In this document: piece by piece, positions 34,307 to 40,783 of the stretch
How the letters are laid out: every line of letters begins with the position of its first letter
Position numbering within the stretch: position 1 is the first letter of the stretch
Assembly (NCBI GenBank): GCA_015767405.1
Contig: JADWMG010000001.1
Coordinates: 1-53,124 of the forward strand
DNA: 53,124 nt
From: Actinomycetota bacterium
GTDB lineage: Bacteria; Actinomycetota; Acidimicrobiia; Acidimicrobiales; Ilumatobacteraceae
Direction of reading: 5' to 3'
Position numbers and translations under genes: made by a program
The notes under the pieces: model-generated
Database searches by the model: none
What the model was told of the DNA's origin: nothing
Seen by the model: the letters and a program-made list of their open reading frames with translations, nothing else

Positions 34307-35277
34307 CAGGCGACCTGAATTCGAGCTGGTTGGCGGATGACGGTGGGCCAGTCGTACAACCGGTCGACAACGTCGGTGGTCTTTGTTTCAGGCACGATCC
34401 CGAGGAGCTCTTGCATCCGACTGTTGTCGGCGAGGCGACCACGGTGGAACACCTCAGACAGGTGATCAGGGATCGGAGCCCCAAGCATGTGGCTCATGGC
34501 CCGAGCGATACGCCAGTCGCGCCCGATGAGGGGAATGGGGATACGGCGCCCGCGCCGCGCCGCCTGCAGTACGGTGATCGCGCCCGGAGCAACAACGTTG
34601 ACCGGTTCAGAGAGACCCACCCGTGCTGCCGCAACAATGGCCAGCGCGGCATCGCGATCTTGGATCACGGCGAACGGAGGGTCCGCGAGAACACTGAATG
34701 GCACGGCCGGCATACGCAACAGCCGGCCGAGCGGCGAGGGAACGTGTGGTCCGAGCACGGGCGCCAATCGAACCGCGCCAACGGTGACTCCGACACGTTC
34801 TCCCACCAGTGCGGCGGTGTGCTCGATCCCGGCAACGGTGTGACCCCACTGGCTCGTGGGTTGGATCGGGGCGGATTCGCTCGGCCGCGTGAGTGCGCCC
34901 CGTGCTCTTCCGTAGATCTCGATACCGCTGCGAACGATGACGTTTTCTAGCGCCGGACATTCGGCGGCGGCACCGATGATGGAGGTGGCCGCTTGGTCCG
35001 TGAGGGTGGCCGCGACATGTGGAGCAGCACGGGCATCGGGCTCCCAGACGCCCACGTGGACGAGCACGTGCGGGTTGAACTTGGTGACCGTTTCAACGAT
35101 TCGATCGTGCTCGTCGGGGTGCATGCGGTGAAACGCCGTACGATGTAGCCGACGTCGCGGAGGATCCGCGTCGATCCCCGAAAGCTCTCCGACCCAGGAT
35201 TCATCCTCGAGCAGACTGGCAATCAGTGTGCCGAGTTCACCTCCGACACCACTCACGAAAACGCGTCGACCGCCCAT
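34306..35277 (-). CDS. NAD-dependent epimerase/dehydratase family protein
   Basis: Rossmann motif RRVFVSGVGGELGTLIA. ATG 35277 is preferred over the TTG at 35286. Confidence 0.8.
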   Translation of the reverse strand: MGGRRVFVSGVGGELGTLIASLLEDESWVGELSGIDADPPRRRLHRTAFHRMHPDEHDRIVETVTKFNPHVLVHVGVWEPDARAAPHVAATLTDQAATSIIGAAAECPALENVIVRSGIEIYGRARGALTRPSESAPIQPTSQWGHTVAGIEHTAALVGERVGVTVGAVRLAPVLGPHVPSPLGRLLRMPAVPFSVLADPPFAVIQDRDAALAIVAAARVGLSEPVNVVAPGAITVLQAARRGRRIPIPLIGRDWRIARAMSHMLGAPIPDHLSEVFHRGRLADNSRMQELLGIVPETKTTDVVDRLYDWPTVIRQPARIQVA

Positions 35278-35908
35278 GAACAGCAACGTTAGTCATACTC
35301 GTCGCCAGATGATTGGTTCAGCGCTGGGCGTAATTGGCGTCGGAGTACTCGCGAGCACTCGTTTGCCGTCCGTGTTGGCTTCCTCGCACGCCCTGAGTGA
35401 GCCAGCGCAGGCCCTGGAACAGGCCGAAAGGCTGCGTCCCGATCCCACCGTGCCCCCCGATCCCACCGTGCCCCCCGTGCCTTACGACCCTACAATCGAT
35501 TTTCCTGTGGAACTCTCCACCGAACTGATCATTGGGACTCCATTCGGGGGTTCTCACTATGGGATCGACATCTGGCGGGCCGATGCCGAGCCGGGTCATC
35601 CTTTGCTTGCCTGCGTGGATGGCGTATTGGTCGTTCAGGAGATTCTGTCCGGCCGGCAAGGGAACTCCTGGGTGATTCAGGGCGAGGACGGAACTGCGTA
35701 TCGGTATCACCACATCGACGAGTTCGCTGCTGGTCTTGCCGTGGGGGACAAGGTCACCAGGGGGCAGGTGATCGCGAGCATGGGCGAAACAGGCAATGCA
35801 GGTGGGCCACATCTGCACTTCGAGGTGCGTCTCGAAAAGCACAATGGAACAGCGATCGATCCGGTTCCACTGTTATCGCCCCCAATCCCTGGTGTCACGA
35901 TCTACTAG
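35276..35908 (+). CDS. M23 family metallopeptidase, probable Tat-exported
   Basis: From ATG 35276 the sequence MNSNVSHTRRQMIGSALGVIGVGVLAS looks like a twin-arginine signal. M23 motifs HYGIDI and GNAGGPHLHFEV are present. Confidence 0.8.
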   Translation: MNSNVSHTRRQMIGSALGVIGVGVLASTRLPSVLASSHALSEPAQALEQAERLRPDPTVPPDPTVPPVPYDPTIDFPVELSTELIIGTPFGGSHYGIDIWRADAEPGHPLLACVDGVLVVQEILSGRQGNSWVIQGEDGTAYRYHHIDEFAAGLAVGDKVTRGQVIASMGETGNAGGPHLHFEVRLEKHNGTAIDPVPLLSPPIPGVTIY

Positions 35909-36185
35909 CCAAACGCCGCGCCACCGCCATCGCACCGCGATGAGCGATGTGCGCAGATACTGGCCCAGATCACTCACAGGGTTGCGTTTGGTCGGTATGA
36001 GATGAGCGATGTGTGCACGCATCGCCTGGATTGTTCACATCTCTTGAGTTGACTTTGACGTTGAAAATGTTACGGACGGGTTACGAAAAGGTGTCGAAGA
36101 CGTCCTAGGATGCCTCAAGAACGGTACGGAATGTGCCGAAGAAGTTGTGTCGGACCGTTTTGGGCGCCCGACGAGGTGACCCGCC

Positions 36186-36893
36186 ATGACCCACTCTGAC
36201 CAACGGACCTCCCCCTACCGATTGATCTCGGCTCTTCTCGCTGTCGCGTTCGTCGTGGCGATCGGAGTCAGCCAGTCTCGTGAAGGTCTGGCTGCCACCG
36301 GCAGTACGGAAGTCTCTGAGTTGAATGATCCCGGTTCGGCGCTACAGCAGGCTGACCGACTCGGACTCGTAACCACTACGACGGAGGCGCCACCCACGAC
36401 GGAGGCGCCACCCACGACGGAAGCGCCAAAGGTGACGCCGCCGCCAGATGGGAAACTGATTTTCCCCCTCGCACCGGCGTCAGACTGTTACGTGAATGAC
36501 AGCTTCGGCGATCCTCGCGGCAGCCGCTCCCACGAAGGTATCGACATCATGGGGTCGTATCTCCAACCCGTCTACGCCGTAGCTTCTGGTCAACTGACGC
36601 AGATCTATACAGACTCGGGGCTTTCTTATGGAGCGGGCAACGGTTGGAAGCTTGTCGACGAAGAGAACAATGTGACGTACAAGTTCTTCCACTTGGACAG
36701 TCACGAAGAAGGCCTGAGCGTCGGCGACAACGTTGCGCTCGGTGATGTGATCGGCTACGTCGGCGACACCGGAACCAGTGGCACACCTGAATATCCGAAT
36801 AATCACCTCCACTTCGAGGTTCGTCCGAACAACTATCCGGTCGACCCGCTACCGCTTCTACACATCAATCGCGACGTTTGCGGCGTCGGCTAG
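36186..36893 (+). CDS. M23 family metallopeptidase (paralog)
   Basis: A signal anchor, a (TTEAPP)n linker, and the motifs HEGIDIM and NNHLHFEV are present. Confidence 0.8.
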   Translation: MTHSDQRTSPYRLISALLAVAFVVAIGVSQSREGLAATGSTEVSELNDPGSALQQADRLGLVTTTTEAPPTTEAPPTTEAPKVTPPPDGKLIFPLAPASDCYVNDSFGDPRGSRSHEGIDIMGSYLQPVYAVASGQLTQIYTDSGLSYGAGNGWKLVDEENNVTYKFFHLDSHEEGLSVGDNVALGDVIGYVGDTGTSGTPEYPNNHLHFEVRPNNYPVDPLPLLHINRDVCGVG

Positions 36894-36901
36894 CGCAGGG
36901 T

Positions 36902-37408
36902 TCAGCGAAGTTCGTCGGCGTGCATGATGATCTCGCGTGCAAACGGATCGAGCTGACGGCCGGCTAGGCGTTCTGTGACTTGGATCGCTTGAGTCGGGTC
37001 TTCCACAAGGCCTGTCCAGCGGATGTAGCCGCCCATGACACCTACGATGCGGTCGCCAACTTCGTCGCCATGGACGAGCACTTTGTTGCCATGAGCCAGT
37101 AGGTCACGGATTTCGGTGTAGAGCGCCTTGAGGTAAGCATCGCTTTGTTCGGTGTTGAACGGGCGATGGCGGTACGGGAGCTGCAGTTCGTCGTAGTTGT
37201 GCAGGTTGTGAGGCGCCGAGATGATTGACAAGACGCATCCGAATCCGTTCTCACGGAGCCAGATGATTTCTTCCTGTCGGCGCACTCGACGGTGGCTGTC
37301 GCCCACTCCGCCGGGGCGTTCACAGATGGCGAGCTTGTCTTTCAAGATCCATGTGAAGTTGCGAGGGGTGATACCCAGCGCCCATTTTCCACGTAAGCGG
37401 GGCGGCAT
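36902..37408 (-). CDS. dual-specificity-phosphatase-fold protein with Cys-to-Gly replacement in the P-loop (probable pseudophosphatase)
   Basis: 168 aa. NFTWILKDKLAICERPGG and GNKVLVHGDEVGDRIVGVMGGYI align with the DSP pattern ...VLVHCxxGxGRTG..., so HCX5R here reads HGDEVGDR. Confidence 0.5.
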   Translation of the reverse strand: MPPRLRGKWALGITPRNFTWILKDKLAICERPGGVGDSHRRVRRQEEIIWLRENGFGCVLSIISAPHNLHNYDELQLPYRHRPFNTEQSDAYLKALYTEIRDLLAHGNKVLVHGDEVGDRIVGVMGGYIRWTGLVEDPTQAIQVTERLAGRQLDPFAREIIMHADELR

Positions 37409-37457
37409 CAGCGCGCTTCTCCGCGCCCGTCGTATCTCTGCATAACGGGTTGCCAGG

Positions 37458-38336
37458 TTATCGGCTGGAATGGTCGTCGGGGAGAATTCGAAGGCGACCT
37501 TTCTGCCGCTCGATGCGTAGACCTCCTGAAACCTCGCATGCGGTGTTGTCGCCTGCTGCGACGGCCAACACTCGTTCTACCGCGGCGGCACTCGGTGGAT
37601 AGCCGCCGCGGGTGAGCCAGCGACGCACCGCACGGGAAGCGAGTGGGGTGGGAGCGTCGTTCAGAGCACGAGTATCCGTCGGGTCAAGTGATGACGCGAG
37701 GGAATCCAGAAGGTCGTCGTCGCTGCGTAGCAGCCTGGCAGTTCGGGTCAGGAGTGCTGTGACATCGCGTTCGGCGATTGTGTTCAGAAGTGGGATCAGT
37801 TCGTGCCGGATCCGGTTGCGTCGAAATCGGGGATCGGTATTGGTGGGGTCGGTGGCGTATTCCAGCCCTTCGCGATTGCAGAGGGCTCTCGTCTCCGACG
37901 CGCGCAAAGCAAGGATCGGATGCGTCGGACCGGGAGTGATTGCCGCGAGTCCGGTTGCTCCGGAACCGCGAAGCAGCGCGAGCAGAAGAGTTTCGGCCTG
38001 GTCGTCAGCCGTATGCCCCATCAAAGCATGCGGGCCGAGAACTTCGCGCCGGGCACTTCGTGCTCGTGCTTCGAGGTTTGGGCCGTCTTCCAGGTCGACT
38101 CGGACGCTGCGAAATGGCACGCCGAGCCGTTCGGCCGTGCGGCGCGCTACTTCGTCGTCGTTGTCAGCGGAAGGTCGTAAACCGTGATGGACATGAACGG
38201 CCTTAACAGTGCACTTGGCGGCGATGGCAAGAAATACGAGGGCCGTCGAGTCAGCGCCCCCGGAAAGCGCGCATACCACCTCGGTTGCGGGCTTCGGGAA
38301 CGTGCATCGGTCGAGAAGACCGACCGTTTCATTCAC
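37458..38336 (-). CDS. tilS: tRNA(Ile)-lysidine synthetase (short form)
   Basis: GTG start. The PP-loop motif is ALSGGADSTALVFL. HTADDQAETLLLALLRG is also present. Confidence 0.85.
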   Translation of the reverse strand: MNETVGLLDRCTFPKPATEVVCALSGGADSTALVFLAIAAKCTVKAVHVHHGLRPSADNDDEVARRTAERLGVPFRSVRVDLEDGPNLEARARSARREVLGPHALMGHTADDQAETLLLALLRGSGATGLAAITPGPTHPILALRASETRALCNREGLEYATDPTNTDPRFRRNRIRHELIPLLNTIAERDVTALLTRTARLLRSDDDLLDSLASSLDPTDTRALNDAPTPLASRAVRRWLTRGGYPPSAAAVERVLAVAAGDNTACEVSGGLRIERQKGRLRILPDDHSSR

Positions 38337-38355
38337 CGGCGCCTAGATCTCGCGG

Positions 38356-38511
38356 CTACAGGTCGGACTGTTGCCGCCGCTGCTTCGCGCTCGGGTACTT
38401 CTGAGCAGTGACCGTGGCAAGGTAGCTGCCGACGAGGACGACCACGAGTAGGACGATACCGAGGGTCAGGAACACGCCGATCCACCAGTGCCAGACGTTG
38501 GCTGCAAGCAT
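38356..38511 (-). CDS. possible 51-aa single-pass membrane peptide
   Basis: ATG 38511 to TAG 38356 gives MLAANVWHWWIGVFLTLGIVLLVVVLVGSYLATVTAQKYPSAKQRRQQSDL. GC3 is high and the C-terminal tail is basic. No Shine-Dalgarno sequence is present. The ORF is below the track length cut-off. Confidence 0.35.
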   Translation of the reverse strand: MLAANVWHWWIGVFLTLGIVLLVVVLVGSYLATVTAQKYPSAKQRRQQSDL

Positions 38512-38552
38512 GTTGGAGAGGCTAACCGCCGAGGGTGATCAGCGGCATAATC

Positions 38553-38819
38553 TCATCCGATAACACCGTCGCCGTCGAAGTCGACTCCGAAGCACTGTTC
38601 GATCTTGGCGAGCAGGCCTGGTGGCATTTCATCGTTGTTGCACTTCGTGGCGACGACACTCTTGAGTTCGGCATGGAAATCAAATGCCCCCAAGCAGTCC
38701 ATACATCCGTCGAGATGATGCCGAACGGCATCTCGTTCGCGATCGGACAACTCGCCGTCCAAGAACAGGTCGAGTTCTTTGATCGTTTGGCTGCAATCGG
38801 GCATGTCAGGTGCGGTCAT
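38553..38819 (-). CDS. rsrA: zinc-associated anti-sigma factor (RsrA/RshA type)
   Basis: 88 aa with the HxxxCxxC motif (HHLDGCMDC) plus an N-terminal Cys. A 4-nt overlap with the upstream ECF sigma gene is present. Confidence 0.8.
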   Translation of the reverse strand: MTAPDMPDCSQTIKELDLFLDGELSDRERDAVRHHLDGCMDCLGAFDFHAELKSVVATKCNNDEMPPGLLAKIEQCFGVDFDGDGVIG

Positions 38820-39427
38820 TGTGGATTCTCCTGCCCTGAAGCCGTGTCACTGGCACCAGCGTGCTCCGCTGCTACCAATCCACGTGCGAGGGCATAATCG
38901 TGCAACGCCTTTTGCATCGCTTTTCTTCCCCGATGCAATCGAGACATCACAGTTCCGATCGGGATCTCGAGCATTTCGGCGATCTCTTTGTACGCGAATC
39001 CATCGACGTCGGCCAGAATTACTGGAATACGGAAGTTGTCCGGCAGGCTTTCGAGCGCCTGCTTGACCTCGTCGTCCGGCAGCATTGCCATGAGGGACTC
39101 TTCTGCGGAGCGCCCGATCGAGGGGTCTTCGAACGTGCCGAGGTTCTTGTACAAGTAGAGGTCTTCGATCTCTCCGAGATCGGATTCGTCAGGTCGGCGC
39201 TGCTTGGCTCTGTACTTGTTGATGTACGTGTTGGTCAGGATGCGGAACAGCCACGCCCTGAGGTTGGTGCCCTCGGTAAAGGTGTGGAAACTTCGGAACC
39301 CCTTGAGATAGCACTCTTGGACCAAGTCTTCAGCGTCCGCTCTGTTCCGCGTCATTCGAAGCGCGGCCGAGTAAAGTTGCGGGGCGTATTGCATTGCTTG
39401 GTCGGCGAAGTCCGCCTGGTCAGCCAT
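38816..39427 (-). CDS. sigH: ECF RNA polymerase sigma factor, SigH/SigR type
   Basis: Regions 2 and 4 are present ([51 protein letters not shown]). It is paired with an RsrA-like anti-sigma gene. Confidence 0.85.
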   Translation of the reverse strand: MADQADFADQAMQYAPQLYSAALRMTRNRADAEDLVQECYLKGFRSFHTFTEGTNLRAWLFRILTNTYINKYRAKQRRPDESDLGEIEDLYLYKNLGTFEDPSIGRSAEESLMAMLPDDEVKQALESLPDNFRIPVILADVDGFAYKEIAEMLEIPIGTVMSRLHRGRKAMQKALHDYALARGLVAAEHAGASDTASGQENPQ

Positions 39428-39508
39428 TGTTCGGACCTTACCCGCCCGTTGGCAAGGGCGTGGAGAGAGTGGACTGCTCGTCAGCCGGTTTCGGAAATGT
39501 TGGGTTCA

Positions 39509-40018
39509 TTACTCGTCGGCGAGTTCGCCGACGACGGTGTCAAGCGAGGTGACGAAGCGGTCCAGGAGATCAGTCAGTTGAGCGCGTTCGTCAGCGTCGA
39601 ATTCGCTCAGGATCCGCATCATTGCGTGCGACCGTCGTTCAGCGACATCGCTGTGCTGGCGACGACCTTCTTCGGTGATTCTGATCAGAACCACGCGGCC
39701 GTCTTCTGGAGAGGGGAACCTTTCGGCCAACCCGTCTTCGACGAGCCGCTGAACAGCGCGCGTCGCGGTCGACGGATCGACTCGCAGTCGCGCCGCCAAT
39801 GCCTTCATTGTTCGGTCGTCGCGTCGTGCGAGGAGGTCGAGTGCGTCCATCTGACCCTGCTCGAGAGGAGCATCACAGCCGAATAGGTAGGTCCTCAATG
39901 CAGTGGTGGAGGCACCCCTGCGGAGTTCGATCCACGCGCGCCCGATCAGGCGGGCATGCTCTCTGTCGACCGGATTCCGGAAATCGACGGTCGTTGGTCC
40001 GCTCGCTTGCCTGGGCAT
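39509..40018 (-). CDS. MarR family transcriptional regulator
   Basis: A winged helix is present (MKALAARLRVDPSTATRAVQRLVEDGLAERFPSPEDGRVVLIRITEEG). ATG 40018 is preferred to the upstream 40072 start. Confidence 0.75.
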   Translation of the reverse strand: MPRQASGPTTVDFRNPVDREHARLIGRAWIELRRGASTTALRTYLFGCDAPLEQGQMDALDLLARRDDRTMKALAARLRVDPSTATRAVQRLVEDGLAERFPSPEDGRVVLIRITEEGRRQHSDVAERRSHAMMRILSEFDADERAQLTDLLDRFVTSLDTVVGELADE

Positions 40019-40038
40019 GTGCGTTTGTACGCTAGCCA

Positions 40039-40773
40039 GTGATGACAGACGGCAGCGGAGCGGACGCTCCAATAGATCCAGTCGACCCGACGGCCCTCGA
40101 GGCCCTTCACACGCTTGCTACGAGCGAGGTCGAGGTGACGCCGACCTTTCGGCATCGAGAGACCTACACGATGCGTGGTCTTCTGAGTGTGCTTTGGCAC
40201 GAGCCAGAGGAGTCTCGCATGGCTCAGCCTGCCGCGATCGTGGCTTGCGGCGGAGCAATGGGCGGATTGCTCGGCCCGGGTCACGGCTTGTACCACCAGC
40301 TCGGCGAGCAGTGGGCTCGGCGGGGAGTGCGCTTCCTGCGCGTGGGATACCGGGAGCCCAACAATCTTGATCTCTGCGCCCATGACCTTGCCTGTGGTGT
40401 CGAGATGGCTCGCGACGCCGGTGCCGAACGGGTTGTCGTAATGGGCCATAGCTTTGGTGGAGCCGTGGCCATTCGTACTGCCGTCGTGATGCCCGCTTCG
40501 GTCGCCGGGGTCGTGACGTTCGCGACACAGTCGGCTGGTTGTGAAGTCGCCGGAGCACTGGGCGGACGACCGTTGCTGCTCTTCCATGGTGACAAAGACG
40601 AACTTCTTGCTCCCGAGGCAAGCCATATGGTGCAGGCGATGGCCGGGTCGGGGGAAGTCGTGATGCTGCCGGGTGACGGACATCTGCTCGCCAAGAGCGA
40701 TGAGGTCATCACCGACCGGCTGAACGACTGGTTGCCCAGTGCGCTCGGTGTGACCTCGTTGCCCGCTGACTGA
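40039..40773 (+). CDS. alpha/beta hydrolase (dienelactone-hydrolase-like)
   Basis: Nucleophile elbow VVVMGHSFGGAVA and C-terminal GDGHLL are present. It is divergent from the MarR gene. Confidence 0.7.
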   Translation: MMTDGSGADAPIDPVDPTALEALHTLATSEVEVTPTFRHRETYTMRGLLSVLWHEPEESRMAQPAAIVACGGAMGGLLGPGHGLYHQLGEQWARRGVRFLRVGYREPNNLDLCAHDLACGVEMARDAGAERVVVMGHSFGGAVAIRTAVVMPASVAGVVTFATQSAGCEVAGALGGRPLLLFHGDKDELLAPEASHMVQAMAGSGEVVMLPGDGHLLAKSDEVITDRLNDWLPSALGVTSLPAD

Positions 40774-40783
40774 ACGGCAGGCC

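Noticed and set aside
35909-36185. ydaO/c-di-AMP riboswitch, which often precedes cell-wall hydrolase genes in actinobacteria, upstream of the second M23 peptidase.
   Set aside because: The conserved GGGGA(N)CCA, GGGGUGAAUC and CCGAAUCC elements are absent from the spacer.
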